A stretch of 64,000 nucleotides of DNA, taken from positions 4,278,001-4,342,000 of the forward strand of contig OX597830.1 in NCBI GenBank assembly GCA_951406725.2. The letters are read 5' to 3'. Made by a program: the position numbers and the translations under genes. The DNA is from Octopus vulgaris. Taxonomy: Eukaryota. Every line of letters begins with the position of its first letter. Within the stretch, counting starts at the first letter, position 1. Of this stretch, positions 1 to 12,378 are shown piece by piece. The notes under the pieces are model-generated. The model was given only the letters and a program-made list of their open reading frames with translations, was not told the origin of the DNA and ran no database searches.

Positions 1-106
1 GGGCAGTTAAACCCAACCATGAAAAATAATTCTAAAGGTACACCGATAAAGCACTAGAATGAAAGGAATTATTATTTTTAGTTAATCCCAAACTCGAGTT
101 TCCCTA
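1..106 (+). repeat. Direct copy of the inner part of the fold-back element (matches ~455-551); probably truncated by the window edge
   Basis: gggcagttaaac...ataattctaaagg.acacc.ataaagcactagaatgaaaggaattattatttt...aaactcgagtttccctat occurs at 1-106 and again at ~455-551. Confidence 0.85.
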
Positions 107-306
107 TAAATTAATTTGTACGTCAGTGGGATCGCTAAAACAATGCATAATTATATAGCAATAATACGTACCAAATAAACATGTGCAAGCTATATCCTTA
201 TAACATTGTAGATTCAAATCAAGCATGCAGGTGCATTCACATAGCCAGGAGCAAATAATTTTTAAAAACTGCATACTATAAGCCTCAGAATTAGGAAGTT
301 TTACTG

Positions 307-804
307 TGTAAATCATAAGGATAAAAAAAATGAGAATAATTTATTACCAGTGATTTGCATGCATAATAAAAGTCATAAGACAACATATTTTCATATATAA
401 TGGTGCATATAGATATAGTGAAGACCTGCAGCAGGACTCTTTACAGACTAGAAAGGGCAGTTAAACTGAATCATGAACAAATAATTCTAAAGGCACACCA
501 ATAAAGCACTAGAATGAAAGGAATTATTATTTTAAACTCGAGTTTCCCTATTAATGAGCAAATAAATTAATTTGTCATCTGTAATAATAATTCCTTTCAT
601 TCTAGTGCTTCGCCTTTAGAATTATGCTTTCGTGGTTGGGTTTAACTGGCCTTTCTAGCATGTAAGGAGTCCTGCCATAGGTCTTCTCATTGTGTATATA
701 TCTATATGCACTCTTATATATGAGAATATGTTGTCTTATGGCTTTTATTATGCATGCGAACCACTGGTAATAAGTTATTCTAATTTTTCCCCTCATGATT
801 TACA
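307..804. mobile_element. Fold-back/MITE-like element with ~225-bp imperfect inverted arms
   Basis: Arm 307-531 is the reverse complement of arm 583-804 (e.g. aagcactagaatgaaaggaattattatt vs aataataattcctttcattctagtgctt; gcatgcataataaaag vs cttttattatgcatgc); ~50-nt spacer; a (TA)n(TG)n tract follows. Confidence 0.75.
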
Positions 805-805
805 G

Positions 806-807
<2 letters not shown>

Positions 808-878
<71 letters not shown>
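808..878. repeat. Compound (TA)n(TG)n microsatellite
   Basis: Seen directly. Confidence 0.95.
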
Positions 879-881
<3 letters not shown>

Positions 882-1103
882 ATGTATAACCATTTTGCAA
901 TTGGTTATTCTCCTTAATTCTAACCACACTGTTTAAGAAGTAAAATTAGTTAATTTTGGCTACAGAAAACTATTAGTATATACTATTTTATAGAACCATG
1001 CGTATAGGAAATTATATTGAGAAACATTCTGATAGAACCATACATACTATTTGATAGAAACAGCATTGAACGAATCAAAGAAAACTGTATTAAAGAACAT
1101 CTT

Positions 1104-1230
1104 GTCAACTTTGCTTTTCATCCTTTTGGAGTCGATAGAATAAGTACCAGTTGAGTACTGGGGTTGATGTAATCGATTTGGCCCTCCCCAGAATTTGCTG
1201 GCCTTCTGCCAAAATTTGAAACCACTATGA
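1104..1230 (+). mobile_element. SINE family B, 5'-truncated
   Basis: actttgcttttcatccttttggagtcgatagaataagtaccagttgagtactgggg, shared with copies at 51232, 38455 and 53325-54045. Confidence 0.8.
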
Positions 1231-1902
1231 ATTCGTGGTCGAAGAGCCACTGGACAAATTCTTTATGCATGCAAGCCACAACATCTCCAGCCTGTGATTG
1301 AAACAGGATTATTGATTTACTCTGAAGAACGAAATTTCCACAAAGCAAATTCTTGAAAAATATTCATGCTAAAATATCTTTGAATCAAAAATATTAATAG
1401 TCAAATATAAAAGCAAATGTGTGCGTGTGGTAGGGTGGTGGCTGTAGGTGTGTGTAAAAACAGAGAATAGCTTTCTTCCTTCTTATAGGAATTTTCTCCC
1501 GATAAACTGTGATATGATAAGTTTTTCTAACATTTTGTGTTTGGAAAGAACTGATAACCAGAATGTTTTAGAAAAACATATTCTTAAACTGATGTGAGGT
1601 AGAATTAATAAAAAACATTTCTGCTCTATCTTGTGTATGTTTCTTTTAGTATATGTTTCTTTTAGTTTATCAATTAATATAACTTACTAAAGAGATAGGC
1701 AGGTTTGAGGAGGTGGGGAGGGAGGTGCCGGTGATGGTACCAATTCTATAAATTGCTTTGAAAAAGATATGCTGCGTAAATCTCTGTAGTAAACTCTATA
1801 GAACATAACTCTGTGGTGCTACTTGCTGTCCCCAAGCTCCCATTTCAATTCTGATACTGTAATAACAACAACTATAATAATAATTATGTTTCTATAATAA
1901 TA

Positions 1903-1941
<39 letters not shown>

Positions 1942-2544
1942 TCACCACCATCGTCATTATCATCATCGTAATGTGTTTGTGTATATTTCTATACAGATAC
2001 TCTCCCTCCTCCTTCTTCATAGTGTTGTAATCACAAAACTTTCACATACTAGGATATGTGTGTGTGTGTGTTTTTTTATTTACCTGGATGCTAAAAAATA
2101 ATAGACCTAACTTTGTTATATATCTGATAAGTTCCGCAAACAGGTAAAACCGTTTTTATTGAATTCAGTAGATGTTCATTGTGTTTGTTTTTTGTATTAA
2201 AAAAAAAATTTTGCTGTTTTTTTTTCTTTTTTCAAAAACAAAATTTACCATTTGAAGTAAGCATGGCTGCTGTGTGGTGAGGAAGAGCGATTCATAACCA
2301 CGTGGGCCCAGATTCAAGAGAACCATGCTTAATGCTTTTTAACAATACCTTTCCCCACACAAACATATGAATGTATGTGTGTGTGTTTCTTTATACTTGA
2401 AGTAATATAAAAACAATCAAATTAACATTAAACTCAAGGATTACTCAATATTTTTTCGGGGATTCCATATCAATTAATTGTTGTAACAAAATGATTGACA
2501 GTGACTTCGACGTTTCAGGCTACTCACCACACTAACTGGCATTC

Positions 2545-3322
2545 CACCAGTTACAGCAGAGTACCAGTTATGGTGAGCAGGCTAAAACTTGGTTACTAGT
2601 GCTCAAGTTGATCTGATAAATGGAACAGCCTGCTCATGAAATTAATACACAAATGTGTAGGCGCAGGAGTGGCTGTGTGGTAAGTAGCCTGCTTACCAAC
2701 CATACGGTTCTGGGTTCAGTCCCACTGCATGGTACCTTGGGCAAGTGTCTTCTACTATAGCCTCGGGCCGACCAAAGCCTTGTGAGTGGATTTGGTAGAT
2801 GGAAACTGAAAGAAGCCTGTCGTATATATGTATACATATATATATATGTGTGTATGTGTTTGTGTGTCTGTGTTTGTCCCCCCAACATCGCTTGACAACC
2901 GATGCTGGTATGTTTACATCCCTGTTACTTAGCGGTTCGGCAAAAGAGACCGATAGAATAAGTGCTAGGCTTACAAAGAATAAGACCTGGGGTCGATTTG
3001 CTTGACTAAAAGGCAATGCTCCAGCATGGCCGCAGTGAAATGACTGAAACAAGTATGAAAAATGAAAAAAATAAAAAAAATGGCTGAATACTCCACAGAC
3101 TTGTGTAGTTTTAATGTAGTTCCCAGAGTGATTCAGTGAGACTCAGAATGTAACAAGGTTGGCCCCTTTGAAAACCAGGTCCAACTCATTTTTACCAGCT
3201 GAGTGGAGTTGAGTAATGTGAAATAAAGTTTTCTTTCCCAAGGGCACAATACACCTCCTGGAATTGAATTCATGACCTTATGATCAAAAGCTAAATATCC
3301 TAACCACTGAGCCATGCACCTT
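2545..3322 (-). mobile_element. tRNA-derived CORE-type SINE (family C2), split by a family A1 insertion
   Basis: Minus-strand head with A box TGGCTCAGTGG and CORE-like cccttggg...actttatttcacatt...ccactcagctggtaaaaatgag; pieces ~2545-2655 and ~3080-3322 are contiguous in the copy at 23762-24058. Confidence 0.75.
2659..3075 (+). mobile_element. SINE family A1, full length (tRNA-like head, internal TA/TG microsatellite, 3' module, A-rich tail)
   Basis: A box TGGCTGTGTGG, B-box-like GGTTCAGTCC, ccttgggcaagt motif, ends in cagcatggccgcagt..aatgactgaaacaagt plus A-rich tail; many copies in window. Confidence 0.88.
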
Positions 3323-3374
3323 TAGGCTACCCCGATGACAAGCTCATGTGTGTACGTATGTATGGTCAGATGTA

Positions 3375-3772
3375 CGCTTTTACTCTTTTATTTGTTTCAG
3401 CCATTTGATTGCAGCCATGCTGGAGCACTGCCTTCTAGTCGAGTAAATCAACCCCAGGACTTATTCTTTGTAATCCTAGTACTTATTCTATCGGTTTCTT
3501 TTGCCAAACTGCAAAGTGATGGGGATGCAAACACACCAGCATTGGTTGTCAAGCAATGGTGGCAAGGACAAACACAGACACAAACAACAAGCACATACAT
3601 GCATACATATATACGACAGGCTTCTTTCAGTTTCCGTCTACCAAATCCACTCACAAGGCTTTGTTCAGCCCGAGGCTATAGTAGAAGACACTTGCCCAAG
3701 GTGCCACATAGTGGGACTGAACCCGGAACCATGTGGTTGGTAAGCAAGCTACTTACCACACAACTACTCCTG
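3375..3772 (-). mobile_element. SINE family A1, full length, inverted relative to 2659-3075
   Basis: Reverse complement of 2659-3075 along its whole length. Confidence 0.88.
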
Positions 3773-3814
3773 CATGCATGCATGCATGCATTAGAGTGTG
3801 TGTGTGTGTGTGTG

Positions 3815-3992
3815 TGTGTATCCCAACAATGCTTCATAAATGGTGTTCATTTGTTTGTGTTGTTGTAACTTAGTAGTTTGGCATAAGAGAGCAACAGACT
3901 AAGTTTCAGGCTTGAAGAAAATAAGCACTAGGGTCAATCTGTCTGACCAGCATGGCTGCAGTCCAATGACTGAAACAAGTGAAAGATAAAAA
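3815..3992 (+). mobile_element. SINE family A1, 3' module only
   Basis: gtaacttagtagtttggc...cagcatggctgcagtccaatgactgaaacaagt. Confidence 0.7.
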
Positions 3993-4020
3993 TTGTAAGA
4001 TATATATATGTATATATAAA

Positions 4021-4200
4021 CATCATCATCATCATCATCATCATCATTTAACGTCTGTTTTCCATGCTGGCATGGTTTAACTGGGGACACTCTCCAATCT
4101 GATCTGGCAATGTTTCTGCAACTGGATGCCCTTCCTTACACCAACCACTCCGAAAGTGTAGTGAGTGCTTTTTACGTGCCACCAGCACAGGAGCCAGTTA
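4021..4200 (-). mobile_element. Retroposon family E with (GAT)n tail (RTE-associated type)
   Basis: (cat)n-ttaacgtc..tttccatgctggcatgg...ctggatgcccttcct...ccaaccactccga..gtgtagtg; recurs at 32270, 44987, 47615, 50933. Confidence 0.75.
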
Positions 4201-4226
4201 GGGCCGAATGGTGGAGGCTGACATAT

Positions 4227-4271
<45 letters not shown>

Positions 4272-4276
<5 letters not shown>

Positions 4277-4622
4277 GGTAAAGGGTACAGACCCCCTTCG
4301 GTCATGAATGACCATGGTATTGCACCTAGAAAGTTACCCTCCTAGACACAAGTCCGGGCTAGGTTGTTTATGGAAGACCAGCAGTCGCCCATGCATACCA
4401 GCCTCCCCTCTCCACGCCATCAGAGTTATCCAAGGGAAAGACAAAGGTCGATACAGCTTGGCACCTGTGACGTCGCAACTCATTTCTACAGCTGAGTGAA
4501 CTGGAGCAACGTGAAATAAAGTGCCTTGCTCAAGAACACAACACGCAGCCCGGTCCGGGATTCGAGCTCACAACCTCACGATCGTTAGCTCGACGCTCTA
4601 ACCACTGAGCTATGTGCCTTCA
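4272..4622 (-). mobile_element. tRNA-derived CORE-SINE (family C1, OR2-like), young full-length copy
   Basis: Minus strand: A box TAGCTCAGTGG, B-box-like GCTCGAATCC, CORE-like gtgttcttgagcaaggcactttatttcacgttgctccagttcactcagctgtagaaatgag, (taccctt)n tail; CpG-rich; flanked by (TA)n on both sides. Confidence 0.85.
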
Positions 4623-5469
4623 TATATATATATATATATATATATATGTAGGTAGGTAGGTAGGTAGATTGATGTATATGCATGTGTGTGTGTGTGTGTG
4701 TGTATCAATGACGGATGAGTGATCATAATTGAAGTGCATCAAAAAATACACTTCATGTTCAGTTTCATTTGGATTACATCCCTTTATTCTGTTTCAAACT
4801 TTGCCTTTCATCTCCCATGAGATCATTAAGGGAACCATCAGTGAAAATATTGGGGTTCAATTATTGACAAAGAAACCCATTGAAGGTTGCATTCCAGCTT
4901 GGCCACAACTATCCAGGTACTAAAATTAGTAATGAAAGAATAAAAGAATAGTTTTATCTGCTGTGACATTTGTAGGTCGTTAACTTTTAAAATCTCTTTA
5001 ACTTTGAAGAATTTATTTTGAAAAAAATAAAAGCCAAGTATTAATTACATTGCTATTCAATATTGCAAGCCGCCGTTTGCCACTGAGAACAGCAACAGCC
5101 GCTCCACTGATGCTAGCTCATCACTCTTTTCTGTCTCAAATGTTCATGCTTTTAATGTCATATCATTTGCATTAAATTCTAAGTAGTTTATTCATAACGT
5201 TAATTACTTTTCTCATAAATCTATAACCAATCTGGCGATAACATTAATTAATATCATAATTTGATCTGTTGATGCTGTTGGAAATATTTAAAAATCATAT
5301 TTTATTGTTACAGAGTATTTCCTGTATTAATTCACAGTGAAAAGTGTGGGCCTGAATTAACAACAACAAAACAAGAACAACAACTATTATTATTATCATC
5401 ATCATCATCATCATCATTATTATTATTATTATCATTGTTATTATTATCATTATTATTATTATTATAATT

Positions 5470-5845
5470 ATTATTATTCAGTTACTATTAACTTGGGTCT
5501 TTCAAATTCTAAAATTTGTCAAATGAAATCAACTCCAAGAGTTATTTCATTTTAAGCCTGGCCCTTATTCTATTGGTCCCTTTTGTCAAACTGTAATGTT
5601 ACAGGGATGTAAACATACCAATGCTAGTTGTCAAGTGTTGGCAGTGAACAAATACAAACATAAACACACACACACACATACACATATATATAACAGGCTT
5701 CTTTACAGTTACCATCTACCAAATCCATTCAGAAGTCTTTGATTATGCTGGGGCTATAGCAAAAGACACTTACCAAAGATACCACCATGCAGTGGAACCG
5801 AACCTGGAACCATGTGACTGGGAAACAAGCCTCTCACCACTCGAC
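5470..5845 (-). mobile_element. SINE family A1, diverged
   Basis: Same modules as 3375-3772 with internal (CA)n. Confidence 0.75.
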
Positions 5846-7341
5846 CACTCAACCCTTTGAGAAGTGTATATCTTATCAAGTGTTGTATCGTTTGTGTTTA
5901 TTGTACAGAGTATTTATCATTAACAATAGATCGTGATATTTTCAAAGCAGCATATATCATTATATTGTTATCAGCTAAAAGCAGATATCTACATGTGAAT
6001 ATAATTTAGAATACATACACACTTATTTACAATAATGATAAATGGGTTGGTGCAGGTGTGTGTGTGTGTTTATAAACATGTGTACATGTGTGTGTATGTG
6101 TGTGTGTGTGTGTGTGTAAATATGTGTGTGGGTGGGTGTGAAAGATAGACAGACAGATAAGTTGATGACTAACTGACCAGCTAAATAGAAGAATCAGCTG
6201 ATGGTTATATCAATACAAAACTGAATAGAAAGACATTGATATAGAAAGATAACCGAGGATGGTCAATAGACATCTGTGGTCATATGCATAATTTATAAGT
6301 TCTAATATTTCTATAAAAATCCTAAGTAAATATATTGTAATGTGTCCATTATGTGATAAGAAAATAAAATTATTATGTATGTTCAATTATTGTAAAGAAG
6401 AAGAAAAAAATCTATTCAAACATGAAAAATTCTAATTGTGGAAATTTGCTTTTAGTCAGTACATGCATAACTGTATCGCAATAAATATTTTATTTTATGA
6501 GTATTTTAAATTCTATTAACACATTCTCTTTTTTCCTAATTCTTGAAATTAATTTAGCGATTGCTGGCATTCACCTTCTCTTGATGTATTAGTTTAAATA
6601 CTTGAGTGAAGAAAGAGACATTGCTTGCCACTAGTTTTTGATTATAAGAAATAATATGTTTATTTCTTACATAAAATTAAACATTAGAAATTGTAATGAA
6701 TAAACTATAAGAATGAAAATAAAATAATTTATTTCTAAATATATTGAATTCAGTAAGTAAAAATATAAAAATCACTAAAGAGGAAATAACTTTAATGAAG
6801 TATTTTAATATCCTATGAAATGATAATGTCATTATATAATGGGGGGATGGTGTTGGTAGTCGTGATCAGGAAAATAAAATGTAAATTATTAATTTATATC
6901 AATGTAAGAGAACGTCAATATTGCTTTGTTAAAATTGCTTTTTTTAATTAAGAAATGTTAAAGAATTTACATAATAACGTCAATGTTTAGCATACCTACG
7001 AGTTTTGAACAAATGCAAAAAGGCTTCTAGTCAAATAGAAATTTGTCTATTACTGTAATGTGACTTTATTATAAGTATTAAGCTGGCTGATTCAATAAAT
7101 TGTGTATTTACTTCTTAAGATGTTAGACTTCATATTGAAAATATAACATTGGTAATCTATGTGTGTTAGCTTACGTATTGTTAAATGAATAGACATTTAG
7201 ATTTATTTCTCTAAGAAATTGAGAGAGAAACTGAAAGAGGTATTTTAAATTTTTATTTAAAATGGAATTGAATATACATGGAATTAAAAAATATCTTTCA
7301 AAATAGCAAATTTGAATAAAAGCATTGATGTCAACAACAAC

Positions 7342-7555
7342 AATAATTGTTTCTAATTTTTGAACAAGGCCAGTAATTTTTGAGGGAAGAGGCAAGTCAG
7401 TGGCATTGACTTCTAATACTTGACAGGTTCTTTATTTTTTCATCCCCAAAAGGGTGAAAGACAAAGTTAACCTTGGCAGAATTTGAACTCAGAACATAAA
7501 GACAGGTGGAAGAAATGCCACAAAGCATTTTGTTCAATATTCTTAACATTTCTTG
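7342..7555 (-). mobile_element. SINE family B
   Basis: caaggccagtaattttg...aaagttaaccttggcagaatttgaactcagaac (B box GTTCAAATTC on minus strand). Confidence 0.75.
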
Positions 7556-8859
7556 TAATTCTTGCAAAGTTTAAAGTGAATGAAAAAAAAAAAAATGACA
7601 TTAATGAATTGTGAAACTGCATATGTGAATTTGAATTATGTAATTAGCATTGGTTTACTTTTTTATTTTTTTGAAATGAGAATTGTTAATTTAATTTGAA
7701 ATTTGCGACTGAAATATCACTTTACTCTTTGAACTCATCAAAAGTATGGTCAACTCCTGTCTGCCAGATTCCACCAACAGAATTTGTATCTGATGAAGGA
7801 GTAAGACCATTAAAAGATATAATTTATGTAATTTTAATCTCTAGGCTTTAGTTCTCTTTTCTTTTCTAAGTTTGTCGTCATAAAATTTGAGCAGGTAACA
7901 AAACTGGTATTGCTATTTTTGGAGAATGTGTGCGCATTAAAGCATTTGTGTATGTGTGAATGTGAATGCTTTCAGAAAATAGAGTATGTTTAAACTGGTG
8001 TTCACATGGGAATATTGCTAGCAGTGACTTTATTTGAGGGTTCCCTTCTTCTCTACTGTGCACAGGCTTCAACATTTTGTTCCAATTTGGCAGGGCCCTA
8101 AATCTTTCCAGCTTCATCTATTCAACATCAAGTTTGAACCAACTGTTGTTGGCTAAGTTTGAAGTGCTTTCTTTTCATACTTGAGTTTTAAAGGAAGATG
8201 TGTGATTCTAAAATCTTTGTTCAAATTTTCCTCCTGTCAGGCCATTTATTTGTGTTCAATAAAAGTGAAATCTGTCTCATAAATTATTGCTTCTACATCA
8301 CTGTCATCATAATTGTAATCATCGTCAACAACTTAATCATTTACCATGCTGGAATGTTGTATTTGTCTTGTGGGTCCCTGAATGAGCTTGTCTGCTTAGT
8401 TTTTTCTTGGTCATGGTGCAACTATATCTAACTTATGTTTGTGTCGATAGTTCTCTATAGCTATGGTTAAAAGGAAAATGCTTGTATATCAGTATAGGAT
8501 GACTTCCTATAAATGAGATGTTGGCATTGGCTAACTGGTTACATTAACTATGTATTTGTATACAATGTATGCACATATATCTTTCTAGCTATCTATTGCC
8601 CCACTCGCTCTTTCTATGTCACTCTGATTCTCTCAAAATCATGGCTATCACACTTGAAAATGAAAAATATATTAATTTCTATAAATTTCTATTACTAAAT
8701 ATCTTTCAATATATCTAAGATTGCTACATAGCCACTGAAAGTTATTCAGTTTAAGGTTGTTGCAAGTTGGTAACAGCATGCCCTCTTCTTCTTCATCCCC
8801 TCCTCTTCCTCCTCCTCCTCATCATCATCATCATCAGCAGCAGCAGCAGCTTCATAGTC

Positions 8860-9230
8860 ATCATTGCTTTAATGTCCACTGTTCCATACTTACATGGGTC
8901 AGACCAAGTTCATTCTGGCAGATTTTCCACAAATGGATGCTCTTCTTGTTGCCAACATACACTTGATTCCATAGAAGGCTACATTACTCCATGGCTAGAC
9001 ATGTTCCTCCAGAAGATTACAAAAAAAAAATGATACCACTTGTATGATGGTGACACAAGCACATGCACAAACACACACACACACATATACATTCATACAA
9101 CAGGTTTCTTTCAGGGTCCACCAATCAATTCCACTCACAAGACATTGGTTAACCCAAAGTTATAGAAGAAGGTGACACTTACCCAAGGTGCCACACAATG
9201 GAATTAAGCCCGAGACCATGCAGTTGCGGA
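8860..9230 (-). mobile_element. SINE family A2 (family A head, internal microsatellite, family-E-type tail)
   Basis: Head ccactcacaag...acttacccaaggtgccac joined through (CA)n to ggatgctcttcttgttgccaac...gtccactgttccat and a (CAT)n tail. Confidence 0.7.
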
Positions 9231-9613
9231 TGGCATTCAAATGTATCCATTCCTCAAATTTCATATACAGTCTTCATTAATTCCCATTCATATTTATTCA
9301 TATAAAACATTATTCTTTGTCCATTTCAGTTTATTTTAATAAGTGATGCGATACGACATTATTTACTTCAAAGTTGAAATACTTTTATTTAAACTATAAT
9401 TCTCTTTCTAAACATTTCACAGAAGTAACATTAATATTTCTTCACAAAACATGAAAGGTCATTACATATTTGCTTTAATATAGATTACAGGTAAATTTAG
9501 TCAGTGAAGCGATAAAAATTATGTATAACCCACCCATTTCCATGTCAGCAAATTTGTGTCTGTCATACAGTGCCAAAGAAACATAAGTTACTATAAATTT
9601 TTATCTATCTATT

Positions 9614-9686
<73 letters not shown>

Positions 9687-9848
9687 TGGGAGATAGATAT
9701 TGTGTGCTGTGTGTGTATTTCTTGAAATATCATTCAAATATATACTTTAATTTTATTTCATAGACATACATATGTAAATATAAATATGTATGCATTAGTT
9801 GAAATTCATATATCTTTCCCATACTTTTAAACATCATTATTTATATGT

Positions 9849-9880
<32 letters not shown>

Positions 9881-10334
9881 TCAAGTTCAATCAGTGAAGT
9901 GAAACCTGATATTATTTTTATCAATGTTGAAATCCTTTCATTACACAATTACTTTGAGTTACATATATTTAGCACTAAATATTTACAGAATGTAGTATCA
10001 AAACCACCATCTCTGACAACATACAGGCTCCAAGATTGTGTGTATTTGTGCATGTGTGTGTGTGTGTATACATGCATGTATCCACATTTGCACCTGTCCA
10101 AATTTTGCCCAACAAGCTGTGACATTGATTTCTTATCCCCAAGCAACAAACCATCTGCTAGTTTAATGCTTTTGAAGACATATGAACATCACTTACTTGA
10201 AAAACAGCAAGGGTTAGTGACAGGAAGGGCCTCCAGCTGTAGATAATAGTTCAAAATTATACTTCTCAAACCCATCGCAGCATGGAAAAAACTGACTTAA
10301 AATGAATGTACATATATACATATATGTCACATGC

Positions 10335-10470
10335 GTGGCCATGTGGTAAAAAACTCACTTCCCAACCACTGTGCGGCAGCTTGGGCAAGTGTCTGCTACT
10401 ATAGCCTTGGGTTGACCAAACTCTTGTGGGTGGATTTAGTAGGCAGAAATTGAAAGAAGCCCAACATATA
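10335..10470 (+). mobile_element. SINE family A head fragment
   Basis: tggccatgtggtaa...gcttgggcaagtgtctgctactatagccttggg...ggatttagtaggcagaaattgaaagaagcc. Confidence 0.75.
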
Positions 10471-10782
10471 TACATATTTGTACTTTATCCTGGTGGTGCT
10501 TTGTTTTACTTGGAAGCAATAGTCTTGTATTGCACTATTTAATCATTTTTTCTTTGTAAACTTTTTCACTGTTCTCGGTCTGTTAACGGCCAGGCATTCA
10601 GGTGAGTAAATGCTGGCATTGATGTAACGACATTTGAAGTTTTGTCGAGGTGATTCTAACCGATGACAACTAATCAAATTTATGTTAACAAACATAATTT
10701 GGAAAGTTCGAAACCTAGGTCCAAGGTTATCCACAGGTAAAATGAAATTTTTCATGTTCACCACCCGCAAACATTTTTGCCA

Positions 10783-10818
<36 letters not shown>

Positions 10819-10897
10819 TGAAGCTTTACTATAATGATGTATATTATCAACTGCTATTTCCAGTTGATATTGGTACTTTGTTGTACTACTATCCTAC

Positions 10898-10933
<36 letters not shown>

Positions 10934-10959
10934 CATTTATATATATATATACATCCATA

Positions 10960-11185
10960 TGTGAGTGTCTTTGTGTCTGTGTTTATCCACCCACCCACCA
11001 CTTGACAACTAGTGCTGGTGTGTTTATGTCCCCTTAACTTAGTAGTTCAGGAAATGAGAGTGATAAAATAAATACCAGGTTTTAAAAATATAAGAGCTGG
11101 GGTCAATACATTCGACTAGAAATTCTTCAATGCAGTGCTCCAGCATGGCTACAATCTAATGATTGAAACAAGTAAGAATAAAAAA
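10960..11185 (+). mobile_element. SINE family A1, 3' module
   Basis: cttgacaactagtgctggtgtgtttatgtcccc...gtgctccagcatggct...tgaaacaagtaaga. Confidence 0.75.
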
Positions 11186-11610
11186 CAACCCAAAGCAGAC
11201 CTTCAAATTTTTTTTTTCTCACAGACACACAGACAGAAACTTAAAATGATAAAATTGCAGTTTTAGGTGTCATAATCTGAACAAAGAAACGTATTTCGTG
11301 CAGACTAGAGTGACTTTGAAAAAAATATGTGCAAAGACAAAACCCCAATCATGTTGCTTTGATATTGTTACAGTTTCATCTTTGATGTTGAAATGTAATT
11401 CCATAACAAGAGAATGTTTTATGTGCAATGACATGAGATCTGTTGAGTTGTTTAGCTGTGAAGTATCACTGATACCAAGTGACCTGCATCAAGAGATGTT
11501 TGCTTCAGTGAGATTATGACAAAAATGGAATGTGAAGTCATGGATGCAAATGTGAGAATACTTCCTGAACGTAATCGTATTATATAACAAGCAAATTATT
11601 TCTCTTAGGG

Positions 11611-11921
11611 CAGAGGTTCTCAAACTTTTTGGGCCACCGTCCCCCTCATAGCCACATAATACCGTCAGCATCCCCACCCCTATTTTTAAGTAGAAATAGA
11701 TATTTTATATTTTACTAATTTATATATACCATGAATTATTTGATATTTAATATAATATTATATAATCTGTATACAATACTATAAAATAATAAATTCATAG
11801 CGACCCCTTCCTCCCAGTGCCTCCTTTTTCTCTGCTGCACCTTTAGGCAGCAGCTCCCACCTGAACTGTCTCAATGCCCACGGGGTTGGGGTGGCAGTAG
11901 CACCCACTTTGAGAACCTATG
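11611..11921. mobile_element. hAT (Charlie-like) MITE
   Basis: TIRs cagaggttctcaaa / tttgagaacctatg; 8-nt flanks tcttaggg and ctctaggt share a central TAG (degenerate TSD). Confidence 0.7.
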
Positions 11922-12291
11922 CTCTAGGTGAAGAGATTCCATGCTGGTATATATGTGTGTGTGCGCGTGATGTGTAGTTTCTGTCAACTCTATGTAAACG
12001 TACAGTCATACAGCTTGAGTGACTGCGTATCATCAGCTGACGTGGCTATGAATGCCACTGCTTACACTAACCTGCACAGAGTGATCATATGACATGCTGC
12101 ATTAGTGTCTGACAATGATGTGGTATTTCTTCCACTTTCCAGTCTGTTCCTTTAAACTTATTGATTCTGTCTGGTGTCCAGCCTCAGTTGAAGCAAAGAA
12201 GCCAGGCTGACTCAAAGAGTCACTAGAATTGGGCCTCTATATCTCCACGGAACTGTTTTGGCAGAATTACATAAAAACAGCAGCCACAGCA

Positions 12292-12378
12292 ATATTCTTT
12301 TCCACTCTAGGCACAAGGCCTGAAATTTTGAGGGAGGGGCCTGTTGATTAGGTCTACCCCAGTATGCAACTGGTACTT
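12292..12378 (-). mobile_element. SINE family B, 3' fragment
   Basis: ctaggcacaaggcctgaaattttgaggg...ccccagtatgcaactggtact. Confidence 0.75.

Noticed and set aside
2634-3868. Recurrent peptides such as RQASFSFRLPNPLTRLWSARGYSRRHLPKVP
   Set aside because: Chance translation of SINE family A on the antisense strand; not a gene family
4545-4622. tRNA-like sequences at SINE heads (also 35305-35380 and 63135-63211)
   Set aside because: They continue into SINE bodies and lack a complete cloverleaf; not tRNA genes
7785-7815. ctgatgaagg hammerhead-like core start (and gaaacgtcg on the minus strand near 2508-2516)
   Set aside because: Each has only half of the core, with no supportable stems
8514-8532. 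Partial resemblance to miR-31/miR-72 (agatgttggcat)
   Set aside because: Seed region does not match and no precursor hairpin is evident
10597-10607. Perfect donor consensus CAG|GTGAGT
   Set aside because: No upstream acceptor or ORF that can be supported; an isolated motif is not enough
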